A stretch of 64,000 bases of DNA from an uncultured Candidatus Saccharibacteria bacterium. Its GTDB lineage: Bacteria > Patescibacteriota > Saccharimonadia > Saccharimonadales > UBA4665. The notes below the pieces were generated by a model that saw only the letters and a program-made list of their open reading frames with translations, did no database searches and was not told the DNA's origin. Location: the NCBI GenBank assembly GCA_964537115.1, contig CAZHYW010000003.1:26087-90086 (forward strand), given 5' to 3'. Positions 43,276 through 52,920 of this stretch are shown piece by piece. Each line of letters opens with the position of its first letter. Position 1 is the first letter of the stretch. The translations under genes and the position numbers were made by a program.

Positions 43276-44715
43276 TTAGTCTAGCTGACGAACTTTGATG
43301 GTATCGGTAGTGCCCACCACCCCAGGGTATTTACCGCTGGCCGTCACGACTATATCACCCTTTTTAAACACGCGAGTTTCGCGCAGAAAATCGGTGAGCT
43401 TTTCCGCCGCTTGGCGGCTGACCGGTCGTACGTAGCTTTTTACACCGTACACAATCGCCAGCTGTTGGGCCGTACGTGCATCATCGGTGACGGCCAGCAG
43501 CGGAATCTCGGGACGCTCAGCAGCAATAGTGAGTGCCGTGGCGCCAGATTTCGTTTCGGCCACTATTGCCGCCGCGCTAATGCTTTCACTCAAAGATATA
43601 ATGCCGCGACTAATGGCCAGCTGGCGCGAAACGGTGCGCTCTTCGTCACCTGGAAAGACGGCCTTTACCGGCGCGTGGCTTTGGGTGTACAGAATAACCC
43701 GTTTCATAATTTCTACGGCCTCCAGGGGGTATTGGCCGTTAGCGGTTTCGTCGCTTAACATTACACAGTCAGCACCTACCAGCACAGCAGTGGCCACATC
43801 ACTTACCTCGGCTCGCGTGGGCTCCGGCATCTCGGTCATACTGGCCAGCATTTGGGTGGCTACAATGGTCGGCCGACCATATTTTAGGCCCAGACCTATA
43901 ATTTGTCGCTGTACCATTGGTACGCTCTCTGCTGGAGTCTCCACGGCTAAGTCACCACGAGCTACCATGACCGCGTCGGCAGACTGCACAATGGCCTCAA
44001 TATTGTCTACTGCAAGTTTAGTCTCTACCTTGGCTATGAGCCGCCTGGGGCTGCCCAAATTTTTTATAAGGCGACGCATATGCTCAATATCGTGCGCCGA
44101 CTGTACAAAGCTCATACCCACATAGTCGATGTCCTGTTGGCTACCAAAAGCCAGATCAACCCGATCCTTCTCGGTAATTACGTCGCCTGAAAAGTCGGTG
44201 TCTGGCAAATTAATGCCTTTGCGTGCAATCAATATGCCATCGTTCTCAGCCTCAACATACACCACCCCATCCTTTACACTCGTAACCCGAGTGCGCACCT
44301 TGCCATCGTACAAATACAAGCGTTCACCGCGCTGTACTTTAGTGCTCAAATCGTACTGGGTGGGTATGATGCCAGTGGTCGTCCAGTCAGTTTTATAGCC
44401 AAAGCGTAGGCCGTAGCCCTTGTGCACTTGTATAATGTCGTCAAAATCTCCGAGGCGAATCTTAGGACCTTGCAAGTCTTGTATGATCGCTACTGGTTTA
44501 TGTAGCTCTTTGCTGGCTTTGCGTATCCAGACAATCTCCTCCAGCTTCTCGTCATGTGTACCGTGGCTGAAGTTAAGGCGCAGCCCATTGGCGCCCATGG
44601 CAATGAGCTTATGAATGGTCTCATAGCTGTGCGTTGCCGGACCAATCGTGACGATAATCTTCGTCCGTTTATAGTCATGCAAAGCCACTGGTTGTTTTGG
44701 GGAGAGCTCACCCAT
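43276..44715 (-). CDS. pyk: Pyruvate kinase
   Basis: RTKIIVTIGPA, MVARGDLAVE and other family motifs. Confidence 0.95.
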   Translation of the reverse strand: MGELSPKQPVALHDYKRTKIIVTIGPATHSYETIHKLIAMGANGLRLNFSHGTHDEKLEEIVWIRKASKELHKPVAIIQDLQGPKIRLGDFDDIIQVHKGYGLRFGYKTDWTTTGIIPTQYDLSTKVQRGERLYLYDGKVRTRVTSVKDGVVYVEAENDGILIARKGINLPDTDFSGDVITEKDRVDLAFGSQQDIDYVGMSFVQSAHDIEHMRRLIKNLGSPRRLIAKVETKLAVDNIEAIVQSADAVMVARGDLAVETPAESVPMVQRQIIGLGLKYGRPTIVATQMLASMTEMPEPTRAEVSDVATAVLVGADCVMLSDETANGQYPLEAVEIMKRVILYTQSHAPVKAVFPGDEERTVSRQLAISRGIISLSESISAAAIVAETKSGATALTIAAERPEIPLLAVTDDARTAQQLAIVYGVKSYVRPVSRQAAEKLTDFLRETRVFKKGDIVVTASGKYPGVVGTTDTIKVRQLD

Positions 44716-44765
44716 AGTTAGGCTTAGTGTAACCGCTAATGCTTAGCCGTTCAAGCGCTACAACC

Positions 44766-46679
44766 CTAGTTAAGGCTGGATTTCTCGTAAGTAGTGCCGT
44801 CCGACAGCAGTGCTGAGACAGTAAAACTTTGGCAGCCATCCGCACCTGAACAGCCAGCAGGCACATAGGCGTACTGGGTAGCCGTGGGCGTGGAGCCAAG
44901 CTGACTTTTAGTACCATCAGGGTCTTTGAGCGCTTCCGGGTCAAGACCTTTCATATTGGTTGCCAGCCAGCTGGCGTCGTTCATTTGCGCCAGCGTAGGG
45001 TAAAAACCGTTACTGGCAAAGTAGGCTTCTATGTGGGCATCGAGACTGTTGATGTCGGCCTCACGCTCACTATCCTTAGCCTTCGCCTGCTCGCCGCCTA
45101 GCAGTGTAGTGCTAGAGTCAACACTACCGCCCAAGCCAAAGGTATTTAGTACCTGTTGGATGGGTATGGCGCCAGTAGGCACAGTGATCTCTACTGGTTT
45201 GTTGGAAACTGCGGCATTCAGGGTAGCAGTTACGCTATATGGATCGCCCGAGTCGGTACTTTTTACCGAGAAGGTAGCTTTGGTACTGTTGGTCTTAAGA
45301 TCTACATCGGCGGTCATTTTGGTGTCCACCTTGCCAGATGCGTCGTGGCCGTTTACAAACAATGACAATTTGTCGCCACCTTGGTACGTTTGGCCCAGCT
45401 CGGTGTAACTGCCGGGGTCGGCTTTGTCGCTCACGCGAATTTTGTGAATCAGTTTGTAGTGGCCATCAATCCACATGTCAAAAGTGTTAGTAGATTTTAG
45501 GCTGTCGTCGGTTTGGCAATTGTGCTTGGCGGAGTCCCGAGCACTGGCTATCTCACTTGCTGTGTCGCCAGACAGATGCTTGTAGGCGTCGGTGGCAAAA
45601 AAGGCATCAGCCAGAGCGCTACAGTAAGCTCGCAGATGTGGAGTGTTTACACCAACTTTGTAGTGGTACGCCAAGACGCCATCTACTGTTTCTTTGCCTA
45701 CATAGCTCTGACGGACAAAGACAGCCTTATCTGGTGTCGTGCTAAATACATATTGTTGCGTTACGCCCATGGTCGCACGAGCCAACCCAGCAATATCTTG
45801 AGCCGACAGCTGAGTGGATGTGTGGCTACCACCACTCAGGTAGAGATCGTTGATGGATTGCAGATAGTCGCCACTTACCTCAATCCACTTGCCGTCATAG
45901 GACGAAATACCAGGCACAAACTCGTCGAGCCCCAAATCTTTAAAGCCGCTCAGCTGGAAGTAGATGTTTGGGTAAACGCTGCCAGCCGGAATCTGGCTAA
46001 GCACTTTGGCACTCAGGGTTTTGCTGCCGCTATCGCCCTTGAGTGTTACGTCGAGCCCACCATTCAGGCTAGTTTTGTCGAACGTGGTGTTAAACGAGCC
46101 TTTGTATGATGCACCTGCCAGTTCGGCATCGAGTGTGCCCGTAATGGCTGAGGTTTTATACGTTTCTAGCTTGTCGGCTGTAGTGGCAGACTGAACCAGA
46201 CTGTTCAGTGCTTTGCCCGACCGATTGATGCCGGTGTTCCAAACATGGCTCGGAGTATTTGGCAGGTACCAGGCAAAGACAGCGCCGCCCCCTATAAGTA
46301 GCGCTATCAGCGCTACGCCAGCCGCCAACCAGATCTTCTTGCTTCCCCGGCTGCGCCTAACGGCCGAACCACCGACGCTGCCTACTACCACGGGTGTACC
46401 CGTCAGACTTTCCTCCGGCGCCACCGGCATGCTCGATGATGGACCCCACGAAGGCGTGAGGGGCTGCGGTGGTGTGGTGGAGGCTTGTTCCGGGGGCGCG
46501 GCCGCAGAGCCAGAATGCATAGCAGCCGCTACAGGATCGACTGCGGGCTTAATGTCTGGCGATATTTGAACTGGTCCAGGCGTAGCCACGCGCTGCGGCT
46601 CAAAGGATGCTCCCTGAGGCATGCTCAGTGGTTTGTCTGAATCAGACGTGTTGGTAGATTGATGATTGGTAGGCTCCAT
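44766..46679 (-). CDS. Large membrane-anchored orphan protein with a C-terminal pilin-headgroup-like segment
   Basis: Pro-rich N-terminus and one TM. The last 110 aa or so (…KDSEREADINSLDAHIEAYFASNGFYP…C…C…) resemble the region after the N-terminal helix of type IV pilin-like proteins. Confidence 0.55.
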   Translation of the reverse strand: MEPTNHQSTNTSDSDKPLSMPQGASFEPQRVATPGPVQISPDIKPAVDPVAAAMHSGSAAAPPEQASTTPPQPLTPSWGPSSSMPVAPEESLTGTPVVVGSVGGSAVRRSRGSKKIWLAAGVALIALLIGGGAVFAWYLPNTPSHVWNTGINRSGKALNSLVQSATTADKLETYKTSAITGTLDAELAGASYKGSFNTTFDKTSLNGGLDVTLKGDSGSKTLSAKVLSQIPAGSVYPNIYFQLSGFKDLGLDEFVPGISSYDGKWIEVSGDYLQSINDLYLSGGSHTSTQLSAQDIAGLARATMGVTQQYVFSTTPDKAVFVRQSYVGKETVDGVLAYHYKVGVNTPHLRAYCSALADAFFATDAYKHLSGDTASEIASARDSAKHNCQTDDSLKSTNTFDMWIDGHYKLIHKIRVSDKADPGSYTELGQTYQGGDKLSLFVNGHDASGKVDTKMTADVDLKTNSTKATFSVKSTDSGDPYSVTATLNAAVSNKPVEITVPTGAIPIQQVLNTFGLGGSVDSSTTLLGGEQAKAKDSEREADINSLDAHIEAYFASNGFYPTLAQMNDASWLATNMKGLDPEALKDPDGTKSQLGSTPTATQYAYVPAGCSGADGCQSFTVSALLSDGTTYEKSSLN

Positions 46680-46794
46680 AGTTCCCCGCTTTAACTTTTT
46701 GTCGTGCTTATCCTTAAGCAGCAGTATAGCATGTCATCAACATGGTATAGCCAGCAATTATTCAGCTCTTTCTGTGTATGCGCACCGGGTGTAG

Positions 46795-48531
46795 TTATAC
46801 TGCAGCACGCGGCGACTGACCCGCAGTCTTGGGTAGAACAGTTTCTAGAGCCTTGACGAGTGTTGCCGGGTACAAACGCTCACTGCACAGGTGGTTGCTA
46901 ATGGCATTAATGGCCGCCAGCTGATCGCCAGCCTGAGAGTATGCCTCAATGATCCTATACATTATATTGTGCACCTCCACATGTGACACAGACACCGTTT
47001 GAGTCATAGTAAGCAGTTGGGCTGCTCGCTGCTCAGCATCTGGCAATCGGTGGTAGTAACTGAATGTGTCTAATGCGCCCCGCAAGGCAGCACGCAGCCC
47101 GTACTCAGACAGCCCCGCTTCGACAGTGCTCAGTTGAGCCGCGGCCGTAGCAGCGCGGCCCTCATCTCCTTGTTGGGTGGCGGCAGCTACACCGGCCACT
47201 GCTCGACGGTATTCCAGTTCGAGATCGCTGGTGAGGTCTTTCTGCATAGCCCGTTGCCAGGCAGCTTCATCGCCAGTGGCAGCGTAGATAGCCAGAAGCG
47301 CCTCGGCGGCCGTAGCCTCAAAGGGCGGATAGGCTTCTCCGGCGAGGGCGTCAGCGACATCGCACGCCAGAGTAACCTCCCCCAGCCCAACCAGACGCTG
47401 CAGCACAAAGCCATATGGATCAGACGGGCGCAGCAGTATAGGATTACTGTGTGCTGTGGCGAGCAGTTCAGCGTCTGAAAGATACGTGCCCAACAGTGTG
47501 GTTGCCTCCTCTGGCTGTGAGCCAAACTTTCGAGCACGAAGAAGGCTTAGCAGTTCGGTCAGCTGATCTGCACTCGGTGCCTTTTCGCCAATCTCCATCA
47601 TGAGTCTGTCAGTGGGTGATTTTGGCCAATCGTCCGGCAGGTCGTATTTTCCCCGTAGCAGGCCATAGATTGTGTCTTGAGCCCGGGGGTACTGCTCCGC
47701 TACGCCGGCTAGGGCGTCGGGGGCATGTTTTGCGATTTCTTGCATAAGGGACTCCAGCTTGCTGACGTCCACCCCTGCCAGAAAAGCGTCGTAAACCGCA
47801 TCGGCTGCCACTTCGTAGTATGCGCCTGCTTCGGTAGGATCGTTGAGTGTGGCCAGCCTGGCTCGGCCACCTTCCAAAACGGCGATTGCTTCCTGGTTGC
47901 CGTATTCCTCCATGAGAGGGCTATCGAGATACGCTTCAACCACACTGATGTCACCCGCATAGCTGGCTACATCCCGGGCAATGGCCAGTGCTAGCTTACG
48001 CGTATCCCGCACAAAACGTTCAGCTTGCCTTTCGCGCTCCAGGTGCATGGGTGCCAGCCTGAAGTCCTCGGGGTTAAACTTTTCGCTAACAGTCTTGAGC
48101 AGTTGATCTACGAATTTGGTTAGAGCGTCTGGAGAACCGTGGCGGCTTGCCGCCACCAGCCAGTTAGCCAGCGTTTCGTGGGTTTTCTCATGAGATTCTT
48201 GTATATGTGACTCATCTCCGACATCGAAGTATATATCCAAGGTGTCGTCACCACCCCTTTCGTGCCTGTCAAGCGCCATTGGGGTTCCATGCTCTAGGTC
48301 GGAGCCCAGAAACTGCCCAATTTCCTCAATATAGACCTGACCTATTGCTTCAAGATTATCGGCCAGAGCCCCTTCCGCCGCTATTCGGACGTCTGCGTCG
48401 GCATAGCGTAGCTGCAAATCAACCAACAAACCACCATCCGTTGTGGCCCGAGAGATGTCAAGCTGGTTGATGACCTGACGCAATTCGGGCAGTATTTGCT
48501 CCGGCTGACCGCTAAGTTCTGGGGTACCCAT
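46795..48531 (-). CDS. Hypothetical cytoplasmic alpha-helical protein
   Basis: 578-aa ORF. I recognise no family. Confidence 0.55.
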   Translation of the reverse strand: MGTPELSGQPEQILPELRQVINQLDISRATTDGGLLVDLQLRYADADVRIAAEGALADNLEAIGQVYIEEIGQFLGSDLEHGTPMALDRHERGGDDTLDIYFDVGDESHIQESHEKTHETLANWLVAASRHGSPDALTKFVDQLLKTVSEKFNPEDFRLAPMHLERERQAERFVRDTRKLALAIARDVASYAGDISVVEAYLDSPLMEEYGNQEAIAVLEGGRARLATLNDPTEAGAYYEVAADAVYDAFLAGVDVSKLESLMQEIAKHAPDALAGVAEQYPRAQDTIYGLLRGKYDLPDDWPKSPTDRLMMEIGEKAPSADQLTELLSLLRARKFGSQPEEATTLLGTYLSDAELLATAHSNPILLRPSDPYGFVLQRLVGLGEVTLACDVADALAGEAYPPFEATAAEALLAIYAATGDEAAWQRAMQKDLTSDLELEYRRAVAGVAAATQQGDEGRAATAAAQLSTVEAGLSEYGLRAALRGALDTFSYYHRLPDAEQRAAQLLTMTQTVSVSHVEVHNIMYRIIEAYSQAGDQLAAINAISNHLCSERLYPATLVKALETVLPKTAGQSPRAAV

Positions 48532-48640
48532 ATAGTTAGGGATTGTACCAAGTTTGATGCAGGAAATTCTAGGCTGGCCAAGGTAAGGTTAGGGCTGGCC
48601 ATCAGACGGTTATGGTTTTAAGACCTAACGAACGCGCCGG

Positions 48641-49894
48641 TTAATAGCTCTGACACCACATTGAGGAGTAGGCAGGCAGCTCAGCGCCGTAATAGCCTTG
48701 GCCGCTGTTGGAGTCGCTGACAAAGTCGGGGAACATTAGGTTCACGCCCATGGTAATAGCTTTGGAGCCGCTGGGGTTAGCGAAGGCCCAGGTGTCATAT
48801 CCTAAGGTTTCGCCTTCGTGGCCATAGATGGTTTGGTTGCAGCTATCGGCCACTGGCGTCACTTGGCTCAAGTCCCAGCTCCAAATTCCCAAACCGGCAC
48901 CGAATCCGGGAGGGAACAGACCTTCGGGTAGCGTGATCGGTACTGTGGTTTTCATTTGCGTGGTCAGGTTCGCCGGTAGCAGGTGTCCGCCCACTAGCGC
49001 TTTCATGAACGTGTTTAGGTCGGCCGGGTTGCTCACTACCGCACCGGTGGCCCACAAGAAGCTGGGGTTGTAGTTGGTCCAGTCATCGGTGAATTGGCTA
49101 AACGGCATGCCTACAATAATGGTGCCATCGGCTTCTACGCGGTATGAATAGCCGTGAGCAAAGGGCGCCGTTAGGCTGGGGTCGGTTACCGGAAAACTGG
49201 TGTTGGCAAGGTGCAGCGGCGTAATGAGACGCGTCTGAATCTGGTGCTGAATACTGTCATGCGTTACCGCCTCCACCACCATGCCAACCAGTATAAAGTT
49301 AGTGTCGGAGTACTCGGCTTGGTTCGGAGGTAGCTGATGGCGCGGCTGGTTAGCTATCATGGCCACAAGCTGATTGGGTGTCCAGGTTTTGAAACGACTG
49401 ACCTGGCCACGGGCAATCTGGTAAATGAGCGAATTACTGTCCGCTTCCAAATAGTCAGGAACCCCGGAGGTATGATTGAGGAGCTGCTTGACCGTAACGT
49501 GGTTGGCGTACGGCAGTATGCCGGGCACCCAATGTCCAAGCGTGTCACTCAGGCTAAGTTTGTGCTCGGCCACCAACTGCAGCGCTACCGCACCGGTAAA
49601 CGACTTCGTAACACTGGCCGCTCGCAGTTTCATGTTCGCCTGAGTATGCTGCCCGGTTTGTAGGTTCGCCACACCAGCTGCCCCGGTATTGCCGAACGAG
49701 TCCGTGGCCCACGCACCCGGAAAGCCGCCGTTTACTACCCGCTGCACACCACTTTGTAAGTATGACGTACCGTTGGCTGCCGCGTGGCCAGACCAAATAC
49801 TTAAGGCCGGCGCCAATCCAACTGTCAGTACACTAAGACTCAAGAACCCCGCCTGGCGAAAACGCACTAGCTTACCAATTAGTTTTTGCGCCAT
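48641..49894 (-). CDS. Secreted serine hydrolase, beta-lactamase class C/PBP4*-like family
   Basis: Signal peptide plus SVTK (SxxK) and YSDTN (YxN) motifs. Confidence 0.85.
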   Translation of the reverse strand: MAQKLIGKLVRFRQAGFLSLSVLTVGLAPALSIWSGHAAANGTSYLQSGVQRVVNGGFPGAWATDSFGNTGAAGVANLQTGQHTQANMKLRAASVTKSFTGAVALQLVAEHKLSLSDTLGHWVPGILPYANHVTVKQLLNHTSGVPDYLEADSNSLIYQIARGQVSRFKTWTPNQLVAMIANQPRHQLPPNQAEYSDTNFILVGMVVEAVTHDSIQHQIQTRLITPLHLANTSFPVTDPSLTAPFAHGYSYRVEADGTIIVGMPFSQFTDDWTNYNPSFLWATGAVVSNPADLNTFMKALVGGHLLPANLTTQMKTTVPITLPEGLFPPGFGAGLGIWSWDLSQVTPVADSCNQTIYGHEGETLGYDTWAFANPSGSKAITMGVNLMFPDFVSDSNSGQGYYGAELPAYSSMWCQSY

Positions 49895-50039
49895 GTTACC
49901 TGCCTCCGTTTACAATCTACGGCCAGCATACAGGTTGGCTGCGCCCGCTGGCTGTACGAAGACTTACTAAACGTGAAGCATAAAAAGTCGGCCGATATAG
50001 ATACGATCCGCGAAAGAAAATGAGTATACTAGGGCTACT

Positions 50040-50843
50040 ATGAGCGCAGCGCGCAGCCTAACCATTTCCAATATATTTGTCTACCCTGTTAAATCGTGTG
50101 GCGGACTGGCTTTAGACGAAGCCAGCATTGTTGACACCGGTTTTGACCACGACCGCGAGTGGATGGTAGTGAACGAAGACGGATGGTTTATTACCCAGCG
50201 CCAGTACCCATTTATGGCGACCATTCGACCTACCGTCGGTGGCAATATACTCCGGCTGGAAGCACCGGGAGTCAAGGCTCTAGAAGTGCCGATTACATCG
50301 GCGTATAAGCGCCCGGTAACCGTTTGGACTAGTGACCTCGAAGCTTACGACCAAGGTGATACCGCTGCCGAATGGTTTAGCAAGCTGCTCGGTCGGGAGT
50401 GCCGGCTGGTTCGGAAAACACCATCCATGCGCAAGATCGGTCAAAAATACCAGGTTACGGGCAGTGAACTAGTGGGGTTCGCCGATAGCTACCCCTTTTT
50501 GCTTGCCTCGCTGGCCTCACTGGATGACCTAAATGCGCACATGGATGCATCCGTGCCCATCACCCGTTTTCGGCCAAACATTGTGGTGGCAGGCGGCGAG
50601 GCGTTTCAGGAGGACTCTTGGCGCAGAATTAAAATTGGCCAGGTTACCTTCCGAGTCGTTAAACCATGTAGCCGGTGCGAAATGATAAACGTCGACCAGC
50701 AAACCGGCGAACGCGACGTGCAGCCACTCGACGCACTGGGCGGCTACCGCCGGCACGCCAAGGGCATATGGTTTGGACAGAACCTCGTGCAAGAAACGAC
50801 GGGCGTCATCCGCGTAGGCGATGCGCTCGAGGTGTTGGAGTAG
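50040..50843 (+). CDS. MOSC-domain protein (MOSC_N + MOSC, YcbX-like)
   Basis: IFVYPVKSCGG... N-terminal barrel and the conserved Cys in VKPCSRCEMINVDQ. Confidence 0.88.
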   Translation: MSAARSLTISNIFVYPVKSCGGLALDEASIVDTGFDHDREWMVVNEDGWFITQRQYPFMATIRPTVGGNILRLEAPGVKALEVPITSAYKRPVTVWTSDLEAYDQGDTAAEWFSKLLGRECRLVRKTPSMRKIGQKYQVTGSELVGFADSYPFLLASLASLDDLNAHMDASVPITRFRPNIVVAGGEAFQEDSWRRIKIGQVTFRVVKPCSRCEMINVDQQTGERDVQPLDALGGYRRHAKGIWFGQNLVQETTGVIRVGDALEVLE

Positions 50844-50850
50844 CAGTCTC

Positions 50851-51516
50851 ATGAAAAACCAGTGGCAAAAAGCTGTCATTACAGACGTCACCCAAGCATC
50901 AGAGGACATGCTGTCGCTAACAGTGCAGCCAGAACAATGGGTGCCCTACAAAGCGGGACAATGTTATGAGACTCGCATCCCGGGTCTCAGGCTCATGCGT
51001 AAATACTCCGTGGTGTCGTCTCCCCATCATAAAAACAAGTTGGAATTTGGCGTACAGCTATTGCCGTATGGCGCCGTGTCTCCCCAGATGTGGAAATTGA
51101 AAGCCGGCGACTCGCTCGATATCCGCGGACCTTTTGGCACCTTTACGTGGGACACGTCCATGGACGGCCCAGTTATTCTGATTGGCGGCGGCTCAGGCAT
51201 CACCCCGCTTATTAGCATGTACCACTACATCCGCTCGGTGCGCCCCAGTGGCGAGATAGTTTTTATAGTCAGCGCCAAACACGCCGGCCGCGTCATGCAT
51301 TATGAGCAGTTAAAACAGCACATCAGCACACGTTTTACGGCTACTGAGGGTCGAGTCGACAAAGACTTTTTAACCAGCCTAATCGGCCAGTACGTAACCA
51401 ACTCGAAAACACATTGTTATGTCTGCGGCCCCAATAGTTTTGCTGCCGATACGGTAGACATTTTGCTGGAAATGGGTTTCCCCGATACAGTCATCATGTC
51501 GGAGGGCTTCAGCTAG
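50851..51516 (+). CDS. Ferredoxin-NADP reductase-like FAD/NAD(P)-binding oxidoreductase
   Basis: RKYSVVS (RxYS) and GGGSGITP motifs. The ATG lies 8 nt after the MOSC stop. Confidence 0.85.
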   Translation: MKNQWQKAVITDVTQASEDMLSLTVQPEQWVPYKAGQCYETRIPGLRLMRKYSVVSSPHHKNKLEFGVQLLPYGAVSPQMWKLKAGDSLDIRGPFGTFTWDTSMDGPVILIGGGSGITPLISMYHYIRSVRPSGEIVFIVSAKHAGRVMHYEQLKQHISTRFTATEGRVDKDFLTSLIGQYVTNSKTHCYVCGPNSFAADTVDILLEMGFPDTVIMSEGFS

Positions 51517-51682
51517 AACGCTCTAACTTGCGCCAGGTTATTGAACACTCTATACTTGCGGGCAGTTATGTCTAATTACTATGTTAGCAATTACTCTTGT
51601 TGTCCGTGTCAACCATGCTAATTGGTTGCAGCCTTTACATTTTTCTCTGAATTCAAACTAAATCTCCAGCTTGCAAACCAAT

Positions 51683-51744
51683 GGCGGTGAAAGCCTAGCG
51701 GTTAGGCATTGGTTTAAAAGCTGGTTCGACTCCAGTCGCCGCCT
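51683..51744 (+). pseudogene. tRNA-Cys-like module lacking a contiguous anticodon arm
   Basis: Acceptor GGCGGTG/CGCCGCC (7 bp, one G-U), D-arm GCC-TAGCGGTTA-GGC, T-arm GCTGG-TTCGACT-CCAGT and discriminator T. Only TTGGTTTAAAA sits where the anticodon arm should be. A Cys-type loop TTGCAAA+CCAAT sits immediately 5' (51671-51682). Confidence 0.45.
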
Positions 51745-51770
51745 CTAAACAATACTAGGAGGAAAATGGT

Positions 51771-52010
51771 ATGAAACAGGCAAAAACAATTCAGGCGTTT
51801 ATGGTTGGCGCCGCTCATTATGTGGTAAGTGGCACGAACGGCGACGAGGCAGTACTGCGCATAGACTACCAACACAATACTTACTCACTCGAGAGTCAGC
51901 GCACACCTTTGAATCCCGCATTTCAACAAGAAGTATCCGAGATCGCAGAAGACCTGTTACGACGTAAACACGGCATAAACTTTGCGAATAAACTAACCCA
52001 TCCGGAGTAG
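51771..52010 (+). CDS. Hypothetical protein
   Basis: 79-aa ORF with a strong SD TAGGAGG. Confidence 0.5.
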   Translation: MKQAKTIQAFMVGAAHYVVSGTNGDEAVLRIDYQHNTYSLESQRTPLNPAFQQEVSEIAEDLLRRKHGINFANKLTHPE

Positions 52011-52043
52011 GGCTGTCCGGCATTGCACCCAATGAGCAGAACT

Positions 52044-52658
52044 TCAAGCCGTAGTTTTTCTGTTGGAGCGAAAGCGATACCACTTATCCCAGGTGTCCGT
52101 ACAGACTTCAAGTTTATCACCGGTTATCTGTGGGTTTTGCAGGGCTTTTAGAAGTGGCTCATACAGTAGTTCACGGTTTGCTTCAGACACGCCGGCTAAA
52201 TGGATGAACACCGTTTTGCCAGAGGTATCCGTAAGCCGTAGAGAGCAGATATTATCATACGTATACGCCACCAGCATAACTTCTTTAACCTTAGCCAAGG
52301 CCGATAACTGAATACCACGCCGGCCCTGTATGCCGTACGTCGTGAGTGTATCGCCGTCTAGGACCGTTTTAAACGGGAAACGGTTGGGACGAATTGCCAA
52401 GCCAATAATTATGAGACTAAAGATGGCGACGAACCACAGGTCCGATAATGCCCGATGATTAATAGCATATACAGCTACCCCGATTGTAATGACCACCATA
52501 AACAAAAGTGTTAAAACGGCTAAGACATACATGGCTATCCAAGAGGCCGAGGCTTTGGCCACGATTACCCCTACGGGTTGACCAGCCACAGGTTCCACTG
52601 GAGTTTGTTGCGTAGCAGGTTGTTGACCAGGTTGATTTTGGGTGTCCACTGCTTTCAA
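52044..52658 (-). CDS. Hypothetical membrane protein (TTG start)
   Basis: 204-aa ORF with a Gln/Pro-rich N-terminus and 2-3 TM segments. Confidence 0.5.
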   Translation of the reverse strand: MKAVDTQNQPGQQPATQQTPVEPVAGQPVGVIVAKASASWIAMYVLAVLTLLFMVVITIGVAVYAINHRALSDLWFVAIFSLIIIGLAIRPNRFPFKTVLDGDTLTTYGIQGRRGIQLSALAKVKEVMLVAYTYDNICSLRLTDTSGKTVFIHLAGVSEANRELLYEPLLKALQNPQITGDKLEVCTDTWDKWYRFRSNRKTTA

Positions 52659-52687
52659 TCATACCCTAGCAATGCTAGAAATGGTAG

Positions 52688-52916
52688 CTCGTTGAGGACG
52701 GAGTGGATTTGATGTCTTTGCCAAGCTTATTGGTGAGCCCGCGGAGAGTACTTTGTATACCGTCGTCGCATGCTCGGCGCGAGCTCCGGTAAACGTCGTC
52801 CGCGGTTCACAGCCAGCTACGCTGGCTGGCCGCTTCAACCCATGCTCGGAATCAATTCCTGCGCGTGGGTCCTCGCGAACGAACTCCTCCGGAGTTCGGA
52901 TTTTCTGCGAAAATCC
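52688..52916. other. Hairpin-dense region without convincing coding potential (candidate structured RNA or oriT-like DNA)
   Basis: Perfect hairpins AGCCAGC-TAC-GCTGGCT (52811-52827), GAACTCC-TCC-GGAGTTC (52881-52897) and GGATTTTC-TGC-GAAAATCC (52898-52916). There is also a long-range GAGGAC/GTCCTC pairing. Confidence 0.3.
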
Positions 52917-52920
52917 TACC

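Noticed and set aside
51670-51744. Circularly permuted tRNA-Cys gene.
   Set aside because: The observed segment order is: anticodon loop + 3' anticodon stem, then acceptor 5' strand, D-arm, 5' anticodon stem, linker, T-arm, acceptor 3' strand. This is not a circular permutation. Joining the anticodon 3' strand directly to position 1 with no linker is sterically implausible for an L-shaped tRNA.
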